Positions 36,726 through 46,680 of a stretch of DNA of 64,000 nucleotides are shown in pieces. Each line of letters starts with the position of its first letter. Positions within the stretch are counted from its first letter, which is position 1. The position numbers and the translations under genes are program-made. The stretch is taken from positions 1,216,001 to 1,280,000 of the forward strand of contig JBEKFP010000001.1 in NCBI GenBank assembly GCA_050013255.1. Reading direction: 5' to 3'. The stretch is from Candidatus Bathyarchaeia archaeon (GTDB lineage Archaea > Thermoproteota > Bathyarchaeia > 40CM-2-53-6). Below the pieces are notes generated by a model, which was given only the letters and a program-made list of their open reading frames with translations, did not search any database and was not told the DNA's origin.

Positions 36726-38149
36726 TGTGGCTTAGGCGCCTGTTCTTTGTTTGCTACGTGTTTGGGGTGATACTTCTGAATGTATTCTTCATGAATTCGA
36801 GTCAAGGCATCTTCTGGCAGTATCCCTAGCAATGACCACGCTATGCCAAGGCTCTGTTCTATCGACCTATTCTCGAACTCGCCTTGTCTTACCAGCCGTG
36901 ACTCGAAATCGTCAGCGAATTTAAGGTAAAGCCGCTCTTCCTCACTCAAACCGACGTTCCCAACTATCCTCGCAAGGTCGCGAGCCTGTCGTCCCCTTGC
37001 GTAGGCCCCGTACAGTTGGTCGGCCACATCTCCGTGATCCTCTCTCGTCTTGCCTTTCCCTATGCCCTTCCTCATCAGTCTACTTAGGCATGGTAGGACG
37101 TTGATCGGCGGATAAATTCCCCTCATGAATAGTTCCCGGTCCAGGAAAATTTGGCCTTCCGTTATGTACCCAGTCAAGTCAGGGATCGGATGTTGAAGGT
37201 CTCCCCCGGGCATTGTCAATATGGGCATCTGAGTCAAGGAGCCGCGTGAACCTTCGATGACTCCTGCCCTCTCGTATATGGAGGCCAAATCACTGTAAAG
37301 ATATCCCGGGTACCCTTTTCGACTCGGGACTTCCTCCCTCGCAGCGCTCAATTCCCGAAGGACCTCCGCGTAGTTCGTCATATCGCTTAGGATTACCAGA
37401 ACGTGCATACCAAGGTCATAAGCCATGTACTCCGCAACAGTCAGCGCTATTCGGGGAGTGAATAGCCTCTCGATTGCTGGGTCATCTGCCAGGTTTAGAA
37501 CGACTACAGATCGTTCCAGCGCCCCAGAGGTTCTGAATTCATCTATGAAATATTCTGCTTCGTCATGGCGCAAACCCATTGCCGCGAATACCAGCGCGAA
37601 CTCTTCTTTTTCCCCGAGGACGGTTGCTTGTCGAGAGATTTGTGCGATCAGTTTGTTGTGGGGTAAGCCGCTCTCCGAGAAGATTGGGAGTTTCTGGCCT
37701 CTCACTAGGGAGAGCATTCCATCGATGGCCGAGATTCCGGTTTGGATGAAGTTGTTCGGGTACACTCGAGCTTTGGGATTGATTGGAGCTCCATTAATGT
37801 CCCGTGATTCGTCGGAGACGATTGCAGGTAGGCGGTCCACGGGTTCGAATACTCCGTTGAATACTCTTCCAAGAAGTTCGTTGGACAAAGGTATCTTGAA
37901 GGCCGATCCCGAGAAGCTCAGGATTGAGTTGGATTCAAGTCCCATCACTCCGCCGAAGACTTGGATAACGGCTTTGCCCCTTCCAACCTCCATGACTCTG
38001 CCCATTCTGTCGATTCCGTCTGGGGCACGAACCTTGACTAGCTCGTCATATCCGACGTTCTCCACATTGTCAACCATTACTAGGGATCCTTTGATTTCGC
38101 TGAGTCCCTTGTGGATTAATCCATACGTCTTTCCTAGCATCGTTTCCAC
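36722..38149 (-). CDS. atpB: A/V-type ATP synthase subunit B
   Basis: [43 protein letters not shown]. Confidence 0.97.
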   Translation of the reverse strand: METMLGKTYGLIHKGLSEIKGSLVMVDNVENVGYDELVKVRAPDGIDRMGRVMEVGRGKAVIQVFGGVMGLESNSILSFSGSAFKIPLSNELLGRVFNGVFEPVDRLPAIVSDESRDINGAPINPKARVYPNNFIQTGISAIDGMLSLVRGQKLPIFSESGLPHNKLIAQISRQATVLGEKEEFALVFAAMGLRHDEAEYFIDEFRTSGALERSVVVLNLADDPAIERLFTPRIALTVAEYMAYDLGMHVLVILSDMTNYAEVLRELSAAREEVPSRKGYPGYLYSDLASIYERAGVIEGSRGSLTQMPILTMPGGDLQHPIPDLTGYITEGQIFLDRELFMRGIYPPINVLPCLSRLMRKGIGKGKTREDHGDVADQLYGAYARGRQARDLARIVGNVGLSEEERLYLKFADDFESRLVRQGEFENRSIEQSLGIAWSLLGILPEDALTRIHEEYIQKYHPKHVANKEQAPKPQ

Positions 38150-38155
38150 AAACTC

Positions 38156-39988
38156 CTAGGTTTCGAGGTCATACTCCCGTCCGATTTTGACGAGTGCGTC
38201 TTGGACTTCTGCTGTGAGCTTGGCGATTCCTTCCACGCCGCTCTTTTCTTCTTTGGCTCTCTCCATTCTCTTGATGTAGGGTAGTTCCTTTATTTTCTCG
38301 GCGGGAACTCCGTTCCGCACGAGAATGCTGGATCTTTCATAGAAGTCTATGAGCATCTGGAGCAAAGCTAGTTGTTTCTCCATATCGCAGAAGGCGTCGA
38401 CTTCGTGGTAGGCGAACTGCCTGAGAAAGGCCTCTTTTATCAGCTCGGCTGAGAGGAGCATTAGTCTTTGGTCGTCGGGTAGGGCGCGTTCGCCCATAAT
38501 CCTTGCTATGGATTCGATCTCTGAGGATTCGCTTAGAATTCTGAGGGCTTTAGTCCGCAATTCTTCGAAATTGCCACTGAGCTTTCCTTTCCAGTAAGCC
38601 GCGATTTTTTCTGAGTAGTCACTGAAGCTCTCGGCCCAAGCACCCGAAAGCCTGTCCACGTATAGGCTGTAGCTCTTCAACCAATGTATGGCTGGAAAGT
38701 GTCTGCTGTAGGCAAGGTCGCGGTCTAGAGCCCAGAATACTCCAGTGAATCTCAATGTGTGGATAGTGACTGGTTCATTGAAATCTCCGCCAGGAGGCGA
38801 TACGGCTCCAATGATCGATACTGAGCCCGTTCTTTTCGGTTCTCCCAGCGCTACTACCTTCCCCGCCCTCTCGTAGAACTCAGCTATTCTATCCGGGAGG
38901 TATGCGGGGTACCCGCCTTCGGCAGGCATCTCCTCCAATCGGCCCGAAATTTCACGCAGAGCTTCGGCCCACCTAGAAGTCGAGTCAGCCATTATTGCGA
39001 CGTCGTACCCTTGGTCACGGTAGTACTCGGCCATGGTTACGCCTAGGTATATGCTGGCCTCTCTAGCAGCTACTGGCATGTTACTCGTGTTCGCGATGAG
39101 TATCGTTCTCTCCATGAGGGGTCTACCGGTCCTCGGATCGGTCAGTTCTGGAAAGTCCGTGAGTACTTCGCAGATCTCATTTCCTCTTTCCCCGCATCCG
39201 ATGTACACGATGACTTTGGAATCACTCCATTTTGCGAGGGAATGCAACATCACGGTCTTTCCTGTTCCAAATCCTCCCGGGATGCTGGCCGTTCCACCTT
39301 TGGGGAGGGGGAAGAACGTGTCTATCACCCTCTGCCCCGTCACAAGTGGTTCCTCCAGAGGGATTCTTTCGCCAGGCCTAAATGGCCTCGGAATTCTGAT
39401 GGGCCACTCTTGCATTAATCTAAGGTCTATTTGGACTCCATCGGGAGTTTCAAGTCGCCCAATCGGTTCGTCCACCGTGTAGTCGCCCTCATTTATCGAG
39501 AGCACCTTGCCCTTGCTGCCTGGAGGAAGCATTATTCTATGAACGACCGCAGGCGTCTCCTGAACAAGGCCAAGAACAGTTCCTCCCTCGATCTTGTCAC
39601 CCGTTTTCACTTCGGGTTTGAAGTGCCACTTCTTTTCCCTGGACAGTGTGTTTACCCGAACGCCTCTGCCAATGAAGGGCCCCATCAACTTCCTAATGGT
39701 TTCCAGCGGCCTTCCTATTCCATCGAGGATGCTGTCAAGAAGTCCTGGGCCAAGTTCTGCCACAAGTCGCTTACCTGTTGCATTCACCATTTCTCCGGGG
39801 CGAAGTCCGGTCGTCACTTCGTAGACTTGAATTGTGAATTCTCCGGCGCCAACTCCTATGACCTCTCCAGCTAAGTGTTCGTTTCCCACTTCAACTATCT
39901 CGCCCATTTCAATGTCTGAGATTCCGGTTGCGATGATGACGGCGCCACTAATCCACCTGATCTGGCCCTTCCTGCTTGACTTACTCAT
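38156..39988 (-). CDS. atpA: A/V-type ATP synthase subunit A
   Basis: GGFGTGKT, GCGERGNE, ADSTSRWAEA; no intein. Confidence 0.97.
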   Translation of the reverse strand: MSKSSRKGQIRWISGAVIIATGISDIEMGEIVEVGNEHLAGEVIGVGAGEFTIQVYEVTTGLRPGEMVNATGKRLVAELGPGLLDSILDGIGRPLETIRKLMGPFIGRGVRVNTLSREKKWHFKPEVKTGDKIEGGTVLGLVQETPAVVHRIMLPPGSKGKVLSINEGDYTVDEPIGRLETPDGVQIDLRLMQEWPIRIPRPFRPGERIPLEEPLVTGQRVIDTFFPLPKGGTASIPGGFGTGKTVMLHSLAKWSDSKVIVYIGCGERGNEICEVLTDFPELTDPRTGRPLMERTILIANTSNMPVAAREASIYLGVTMAEYYRDQGYDVAIMADSTSRWAEALREISGRLEEMPAEGGYPAYLPDRIAEFYERAGKVVALGEPKRTGSVSIIGAVSPPGGDFNEPVTIHTLRFTGVFWALDRDLAYSRHFPAIHWLKSYSLYVDRLSGAWAESFSDYSEKIAAYWKGKLSGNFEELRTKALRILSESSEIESIARIMGERALPDDQRLMLLSAELIKEAFLRQFAYHEVDAFCDMEKQLALLQMLIDFYERSSILVRNGVPAEKIKELPYIKRMERAKEEKSGVEGIAKLTAEVQDALVKIGREYDLET

Positions 39989-40619
39989 TCGCGTCACCAG
40001 GTCCAAAGAGGATTTGGCGAATCGTTCCCTCCAGCTTCTGCGATGCGGCGGCTAGTCGCGCTTCCAAAGTGTTGTTGAAGTATTGAACCTGGTCTTCTGT
40101 GGAAACTACTGCTCCGCCTAAGGTTTTTGTCTGCAGCGTCTCGAGGTGAAGAGTGACCTTGTCATTCTTGAGCTTGCTAGCTCTTTCCGTGATAGTTCCT
40201 AGAAGGTTGCTAATCGCTTCCTTGTCTCGCAAGCTCGTTTCGATAATGAATTTGCTTCCGTTCATCTTGCTGATTCCTTCAAGGGTGAGGTTGGCAAGAA
40301 GTTCATTGTATTCCCGTCCACCATTCTCCGCCATTTTCGTGATTCTCTTCTCAACCTCTTCGAACACTCGGTTCGTCCATCCGGATTTGACTCGGAGGAG
40401 GTCTCCCTTTCGGTCCATTCTAGCGATGGCTAGCTCCGCCTTCTCTTGGGCGTCTATTTTCCTACGTAACGCCTTCGTTCTTTCATCTCTAAGGTTCGCA
40501 GTTTTTGCGTTAGCTTCAGCAACTATTTTCTCGGCTTCCGCTCTGGCGGTTTCAAGAATGTTGGAAGCTTCTTCCTGAGCCTTTCTCTCGATCTCAGACT
40601 GCAGTGCTTGTAGGCTCAA
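39981..40619 (-). CDS. atpE: A/V-type ATP synthase subunit E
   Basis: N-terminal coiled coil, LGGAVV...FNNTLEARL. Confidence 0.88.
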   Translation of the reverse strand: MSLQALQSEIERKAQEEASNILETARAEAEKIVAEANAKTANLRDERTKALRRKIDAQEKAELAIARMDRKGDLLRVKSGWTNRVFEEVEKRITKMAENGGREYNELLANLTLEGISKMNGSKFIIETSLRDKEAISNLLGTITERASKLKNDKVTLHLETLQTKTLGGAVVSTEDQVQYFNNTLEARLAAASQKLEGTIRQILFGPGDANE

Positions 40620-40936
40620 AGTTTTCCTCTCAATGTCTCTTCATATAGGCGTGCAATGGCTTTCTCTAGGTTCTGCTGTGCGATCTTCTCTAGGGAAGAG
40701 CTGTTTCGCTTGTACTCTTCTCGTATCTCTGCCTTCTTGCGTGCAATCTCATCGTTTCTTGCTTGTTTCAGTTTTTCCCAAGCGGGATCGGACTCGATTG
40801 CCCCTAAGGCAACTTCTGCTTTCTCGCGGGCCTGCTTCAGAATGACCTGCGCTTCTTCCTTGGCCTTTCTGACTTTTTCCTCAGCATTTTTCTCTCTAGC
40901 GATTAGGTCTTGAAGCTCCTTAATGTCGGTCGACAA
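40616..40936 (-). CDS. atpH: A/V-type ATP synthase subunit H/G
   Basis: EKNAEEKVRKAKEEA coiled coil, operon position. Confidence 0.75.
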   Translation of the reverse strand: MSTDIKELQDLIAREKNAEEKVRKAKEEAQVILKQAREKAEVALGAIESDPAWEKLKQARNDEIARKKAEIREEYKRNSSSLEKIAQQNLEKAIARLYEETLRGKL

Positions 40937-40945
40937 GTGTCCGAT

Positions 40946-41284
40946 TCAACTCTCGAACTTTAGTTCTGCTCCAACCGACTGTGTGACTAGCGCGCGAAGT
41001 TCACGGAGTCTGTCTCCCGTTGGTCCGCCAAAATCGGGGATTACCGCTATCACCGGCCGTTGCCTCTCTCTTGCTAGGAGTGCCTCCCTTTGCTTTTTTA
41101 GAGAGCTGGATAGATTCTCAGTAATGATTATGACATCATACTTGTCCTCTTCAAGAATTCTATCAAGGGCCGCAGCCGCTTCTGCGGCATCTCGAACCGG
41201 AAACGCAATGACCCCCGCCATCCTGAATCCGAGTGCAAGATACTTGTCAGCAATTATGGCTACTCGATCTTCATTTTGGCCCAT
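40946..41284 (-). CDS. atpF: A/V-type ATP synthase subunit F
   Basis: VAIIAD...GFRMAGV, VIPD, SVGA. Confidence 0.9.
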   Translation of the reverse strand: MGQNEDRVAIIADKYLALGFRMAGVIAFPVRDAAEAAAALDRILEEDKYDVIIITENLSSSLKKQREALLARERQRPVIAVIPDFGGPTGDRLRELRALVTQSVGAELKFES

Positions 41285-41380
41285 CTTCTTCTCTCCCGTC
41301 CCGCCATTAAGTCTCGTTTCACGTATTGGCATCCTTAGTGGCCAGAGGCGTGTTCGACCCGTCACTCTGGCTACGTAAAG

Positions 41381-41590
41381 TTACCGACCTGAAACGCCAT
41401 GTGAAAGAACGGAACCCCAGTACGCCAATATGGCAATCCCAGCGAGGATTAGCAATACGGCTAAGAGCCAAACCTCGAATGGGGCAACGTAGGGTACCGC
41501 GGCCGAGTACACAAAGTAAAGCACTGTACTCGTGATAATCAGCCCCAGAATCCATAGAAGTATTCCAGCAACACGTGAGATGTATCCCAC
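41381..41590 (-). CDS. Small 2-TM protein upstream of atpF
   Basis: Two hydrophobic helices. Confidence 0.5.
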   Translation of the reverse strand: MGYISRVAGILLWILGLIITSTVLYFVYSAAVPYVAPFEVWLLAVLLILAGIAILAYWGSVLSHGVSGR

Positions 41591-41720
41591 TATAATGGTC
41601 TCCTGAATAGGCTGCTAAACTTCCTGCTGAAGCGTGTCAGTTCGGTAGTTAGAAGGATACTTCCGCTAAATAACGTCAATGTTGTCCGAAGAAAACGCTC
41701 TTTGTTAGCGGGGCCCTCTG

Positions 41721-42614
41721 CTAGGCTCCACCTAGGGTGACTACTAGGTCTGTTATGAATCCCGCAGTTAACCCGACAAAGATGCCGAGCATTAGAATGT
41801 CGTACGTGACTTGCCTTCTTCCCGAATTGTACATCAACATGGTGACGTAGATCAATGCGCCCCCAGCTAGGCTGAGGAAGAAGATGTAGGCGAAAGGCGA
41901 GGTCCAGAAGCTGCCCAGCAAAGTTCCAATGAAAGTAGGCCCACCCCCAATCAACCCGGCTAACAGAATGAACCTGTTACTCGGTCTCTTCGAAAGCCCA
42001 GTTAGGGGGGCGGCTATTCCGAATCCTTCAGTCGCATTGTGGGCTGCGAATCCAATGATCAGCATCATAGCTAGCCCTAAAGATCCTGACGCATACGACT
42101 GGCCTATTGCGAGTCCTTCACTCAAATTGTGTGCTCCAATGCCGATGGCTATCATCATTGAAAGCCTGTAGCTGCTCACTTGCTGCAACAATTGCAACTC
42201 GTGCTTCTGATTACCGCCACTCGAACCCCTAACCCTGCTTCCAGCTGGGGTCGGTTGCGGGGTGTCCCTCATGTAGCGGCATCCGTACCGAGTCAATCCC
42301 AACAGACCGAGGGCAAGTCCTCCGAACAATGCGAGAAGGTCAAGCACCCCGTCACTCACGGGCGATTTTCCAACGAAGGCACTGAAGGTCGTGTCTAGGG
42401 TTGATTGCCACGCGTGGCTGAACACATCAATAATCAGAAAGACCAGAATCCCAATCGCAAATGCGTTGAAGAATCCCTTCGCCTTTGAGCTCAATCCCTG
42501 AAGAACTGCGATTGGCAGCCCAAGAAAGATGGTTAGGCCAGCAAAGGCGCCGAGGATGAGGAGTTGAGGATAGTTGACCAATCTACTTGGAACCTGCCAC
42601 GCACGATATGACAT
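41721..42614 (-). CDS. ZIP family metal transporter
   Basis: HNLSEGLAIG, HNATEG. Confidence 0.9.
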   Translation of the reverse strand: MSYRAWQVPSRLVNYPQLLILGAFAGLTIFLGLPIAVLQGLSSKAKGFFNAFAIGILVFLIIDVFSHAWQSTLDTTFSAFVGKSPVSDGVLDLLALFGGLALGLLGLTRYGCRYMRDTPQPTPAGSRVRGSSGGNQKHELQLLQQVSSYRLSMMIAIGIGAHNLSEGLAIGQSYASGSLGLAMMLIIGFAAHNATEGFGIAAPLTGLSKRPSNRFILLAGLIGGGPTFIGTLLGSFWTSPFAYIFFLSLAGGALIYVTMLMYNSGRRQVTYDILMLGIFVGLTAGFITDLVVTLGGA

Positions 42615-42642
42615 ATGGCATACTTAATGTTGACTCAACTCA

Positions 42643-43032
42643 CTAAAGCCCGTTTTCCTGCCCATTGGGCCGCTGGCTCTTGTCTAATGACAATATCCGC
42701 TTGACTTCAGATTCTTGGATTTGCAATTGCGAGGACAGTAGCTCAGTGGAAACTGTCGGGTTGTGGTTTCTTATTTCTGAAAGCACTTCTTTGAGATACT
42801 GGTCGTACGCCGTGGCCTCGTCCCATCTGCTCTGGAATTGGCGTAGGAATACTTGGGCAAGTCCCTCCGAGGGGATTACGTAGCCTTCCCGGGTGGGTTG
42901 ATTCTCACCAGCGCTGCTCGGTAATCCTAACACTGTGTAATCGTTGGCTATCACAGTATACCTCAAATCACTAACGAGTATACCCGGATGAAATCTTATT
43001 TCTGCCCCAACCTCCCGGTACCTATTTGCCAC
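42643..43032 (-). pseudogene. Possibly 5'-truncated regulator-like fragment (TrmB/PLD-like C-terminal region plus helical tail)
   Basis: Starts mid-domain (GAEIRF...LRYTVI...FQSRWDEA) with an in-frame stop just upstream. Confidence 0.35.
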
Positions 43033-43142
43033 AACAACTTTGTCAGGTGTTCTCGGTAAGGGGGTTCACTATCAAGGAATCAAGTAGGGCTGAGGGAGTT
43101 GAAGTAATGCTTAATGCCGATTGCGATAAGCCTAGAACATGA

Positions 43143-44069
43143 TTGGGCGAACGTGATAATATGCGATCAACAGGCCACGGCGGTCTCTTTCTCCACACCC
43201 TTTCTGATTACTTCAGCATGACCAAGCCTGCTATCGCGTCGTTGAATGTGTTCGTCGGTCTAGCAACAATGCTTCTGGCCGTAGGACTTCATGTTGTTAC
43301 CGCGAACTCACTGCTCTTGCTTGGCGTGGCTGGGTTTCTGTCAGCCGCCGGCGCAGGGGCCCTGAACTGCTTTATTGAAAGACGCATTGATTTTCAAATG
43401 AACCGGACTCGGCACAGGCCGCTCCCATCCGGGCGAGTATCCGCCAACGCCGCATTTTCATTCGGCCTAGTGCTTTCGGTTAGCGGCGTAGGGTTAGCGG
43501 CATTCTTCTTGAACGCTTTAACCGCCTCATTCATCGCGTTGGGCGTATTCTGGTACGTTTTTGTTTACACGTTATGGCTGAAACCTAGGACGAAGTGGAA
43601 TATTGTCATAGGCGGAGCCGCCGGCTCCTTCTCTGCACTCGCGGGATGGGCTGCTGTTACGGGATCAATCAGCCTGGTGGCGCTTCTCGTCGCGTTTCTG
43701 ATCTTCCTTTGGACACCGGGCCATTTCTGGGGGTTGGCGATAGCTAAAGCGAAAGAGTACGCGAAGGTTCAGGTCCCAATGCTCCCCGTCGTTGACGGCG
43801 TGCAGAAAAGTGCCGTTTACGCAGCCGTTTCAAATATAGCTCTCTTCCCGTTCACCGTCGGACTCTTCGTCTTGACCGCTTATCAGGGCAATATTTGGGC
43901 ATTCATTCTCCTTGGGGGTATCCTAATCGCGTACAACGTGAGGTTTCTGGCCGCGAATCTTAGAATGATAAAACATCCAGCGCCAATGAGCGCGTGGCGC
44001 GTGTTCAAGATGTCGATCGTCTATTTGTTCGTGGTTCTCTTGCTCATCGTTGCGGCTCATCTAGTGTAA
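43143..44069 (+). CDS. cyoE: Protoheme IX farnesyltransferase (heme O synthase)
   Basis: TKP, DFQMNRTRHRPLPSG, YTLWLKPRT, WTPGHFW, PMLP. Confidence 0.93.
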   Translation: MGERDNMRSTGHGGLFLHTLSDYFSMTKPAIASLNVFVGLATMLLAVGLHVVTANSLLLLGVAGFLSAAGAGALNCFIERRIDFQMNRTRHRPLPSGRVSANAAFSFGLVLSVSGVGLAAFFLNALTASFIALGVFWYVFVYTLWLKPRTKWNIVIGGAAGSFSALAGWAAVTGSISLVALLVAFLIFLWTPGHFWGLAIAKAKEYAKVQVPMLPVVDGVQKSAVYAAVSNIALFPFTVGLFVLTAYQGNIWAFILLGGILIAYNVRFLAANLRMIKHPAPMSAWRVFKMSIVYLFVVLLLIVAAHLV

Positions 44070-44200
44070 TGTCGTTTTCCTCGTCATGCTGTGACCTGCA
44101 GCGTCACGTAAGTGCCAGGATACGGCACACCACGAGATTCCTTCCAACCTTGGGGACCTAATCACGTTACAAAATCGAACCTAATCGAATCCAGACACTG

Positions 44201-44695
44201 TTATACAGCAACAATGAGCAGCGCACTTAACATGTAAGGGTGAACCGGGCAGAATATGTTACAGTACATGGTGAAGTTCCCCGTCTGATCTGCTGTGAAG
44301 GAGACGCGGAAAGTTTCATGCGGCATCAGGGCCACGCCAGTGTCTAGGTAATGTTCGATGGCGAACCCGTGAGGCGAGTAATCATCAGTATTACAGACCA
44401 TAATGTTCACCCTGTCGCCCTTATGGACCCTGACGACAGGCCACGGCTCGTTGGGGGACTTCTGTAGGTGGGTGACACTGTCATTGAAACCGCCTAGGTT
44501 GGCAATGATGAGAAAGTAACCCGGAGGCTTCACGCAATCTGTCGCTCTTTGAGTTACTGGCGGCTGATTCGCGGGAGAGCTCAATGAAGGCCAGTAAAGG
44601 CTTGCCACTGAACCTACTACTACGGCTGCTAAAATGCCGACTACGAGGAACTTGTTCAGCAGACCTCGGCCTCTCGACGCCTTCGTCACTAACAC
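44201..44695 (-). CDS. Membrane-anchored cupredoxin domain protein with a CuA-like motif
   Basis: N-terminal TM, PHGF, YCNIFCPVHPYM. Confidence 0.8.
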   Translation of the reverse strand: MLVTKASRGRGLLNKFLVVGILAAVVVGSVASLYWPSLSSPANQPPVTQRATDCVKPPGYFLIIANLGGFNDSVTHLQKSPNEPWPVVRVHKGDRVNIMVCNTDDYSPHGFAIEHYLDTGVALMPHETFRVSFTADQTGNFTMYCNIFCPVHPYMLSALLIVAV

Positions 44696-44798
44696 TATAT
44701 TTCCTTATTGACTGAGAGAATGGACCGAGACTCACAGGTTTTCTAACCGAATCCCTGAACTGTGAGTGATCTTGCTGAGTGAGGCACGTGGCCTTCCT

Positions 44799-45179
44799 TC
44801 ACTTATGCCCCTTACAGGTCGGCGAGGTCGAATAATGCGTTTTACGTGCGTCTTCTAACGCCTCGGCATCAAACCCCTTGTCAGGTCTATAGATAACCGT
44901 GTGACATGTTCCGCATTCGATGCCATTAGACTCCTCAACCCTCGCTTGCTTTCCCGGGTTAGCTAGAAGGAGCCCTCTAGGAGCAATCTGTTTCAGTGGG
45001 CCTGAGAGCTCCGTCAAATCCTTCTTGGGGACGGGTTTCCAAATCAAGTTCCCACAGTTCGGGCACTTCTGCCGATTCGTTCTTGCTTTCCAACCGCAAG
45101 ACGCGCAATGCCAATTCATTGTAGACTCATCACGTCCCTCGGTGCGAAACTTGGATTCCATTCCTGCGTAACCTATCAA
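44799..45179 (-). CDS. Zinc-finger hypothetical protein
   Basis: CxxC...CxxC and CxxC...HxxxxxxC. Confidence 0.55.
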   Translation of the reverse strand: MIGYAGMESKFRTEGRDESTMNWHCASCGWKARTNRQKCPNCGNLIWKPVPKKDLTELSGPLKQIAPRGLLLANPGKQARVEESNGIECGTCHTVIYRPDKGFDAEALEDARKTHYSTSPTCKGHK

Positions 45180-45671
45180 TCATGAGGTACGTCATAATCT
45201 CTGACAGAGAACGAGAGTGATCGTTTGTTGTGGGGATTTCACGTTTGCTTTAACGTTGGGCTTTATCCCCGACCCCGATTCAAATCCGGTTGTCTTGTAT
45301 CACGCCTTTCTATTCTGCGCTTGTGGAAGATAAACAGCTCGTCGCGGCATTATGGTATCGTCCACCCGTTCCCCTGCCGCGCACGCTGGCTAGGCTACAG
45401 TGATTTCTACTAGGTAGAAGAACCGTTACGAAAGTAGGGGCGTGGGACACGCAGTTAAGCGGCTGGAAACCGCGTTCACAAATCGCGTGAAGAACGGGGA
45501 AAGGAGGTGTCGATGTAATTGAGGAAGCAAAGAGTTTGGGTGCCCAGCTACGTCTACGCCTGCGACCCTTGGTACGGATATTACCCCGCACTGGAATGGC
45601 AGGAATACGAACTAGACTACTGAGCTGGAGACCGTCGTCAAGAATTTCCTTTTCCGGGGTTTCTCAACTTC

Positions 45672-46499
45672 TCAAGGAAGAACTATGAGTTTGCCCGACT
45701 GAGAATCGTGGATTCGTTGAAGTATTTTGACTTCAGCCTTCCTCATTCCAAGGTACATGCCGAGGGAGAAGTGGAGGCTGAACCCGAGGAGTGAAAGGAT
45801 GCCAAAATGGTATGGCAGAGGTGCTCTGTTCAGCCATAAAGAACGGTAGAACAGACCGAGTAATGTGAGGAGAACTCCGAGCCCCGCCAACGCACCGACT
45901 GAGGAATAAAGCAGGGATGTGTGAAACTGCCCCGCGTTAACCCCTGTTATCTTGAATTTATCAAAGTATGGGAGCACGAGGGCAGGAACGAAACCTGCAA
46001 GAACTGTGACTATGAGTAGAGCAGGGATCAAGTCACGTGAGAAGAGTATAGGCCCTACGCCAGAAGCGGGCCTAGAGAAGACATCGAGCCGATGGAGAAT
46101 GGGCTGGAACATACCCGCCTCAGGGCCATCCCCATTGTGAACGTCCCAGGCCAGCCCAACCGCGGAGATGAAAACCAGTCCGGGCATATACAACCAGTGC
46201 ACACGATCAAGCAACTTCGAGGTCCTGCTCGATATGGTCGGGGTCTTCGACAGCTCAATGACTTGCTTCGAGTGTGTAACACGGGAAATGAAACTCGCTA
46301 AGCCCAGCGAGAACGATCCACCCAGAATCAGAATCATGACGTAGCCAAGAGCAACCGCCCAAAGGCCTACGAGGGAGGTGGCCCCGATCATGAACAGGGG
46401 GCCGAATGTTGGCCCCAAGGTTGAGCGTTCCCAGAGTGTCCGGCCGAAGGTTGTGAGGATGGCGGTGGCGTAGAAAATGATTCCAACGATTACATACAC
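45672..46499 (-). CDS. Hypothetical membrane protein
   Basis: About six TM helices. Confidence 0.65.
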   Translation of the reverse strand: MYVIVGIIFYATAILTTFGRTLWERSTLGPTFGPLFMIGATSLVGLWAVALGYVMILILGGSFSLGLASFISRVTHSKQVIELSKTPTISSRTSKLLDRVHWLYMPGLVFISAVGLAWDVHNGDGPEAGMFQPILHRLDVFSRPASGVGPILFSRDLIPALLIVTVLAGFVPALVLPYFDKFKITGVNAGQFHTSLLYSSVGALAGLGVLLTLLGLFYRSLWLNRAPLPYHFGILSLLGFSLHFSLGMYLGMRKAEVKILQRIHDSQSGKLIVLP

Positions 46500-46680
46500 A
46501 ATAACCGCGTAGTCTATCTTAACCAGATTGGAGCACCTTTCGAATTCGAAGATTTTCTCATACTAATGTAACTATCGATTGGTACGTTGTTTTCTCAAGT
46601 GAAGCGCAGCCAGCATAGTTCTTTAGTGGTCAAAGTCTCCCTGCAGCAGCGCTAGATCAATTGTGGGATAAGCGGTCGGT

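Noticed and set aside
37425-39874. Long antisense ORFs over atpA/atpB and other genes
   Set aside because: Shadow ORFs of well-supported genes, with no recognisable motifs
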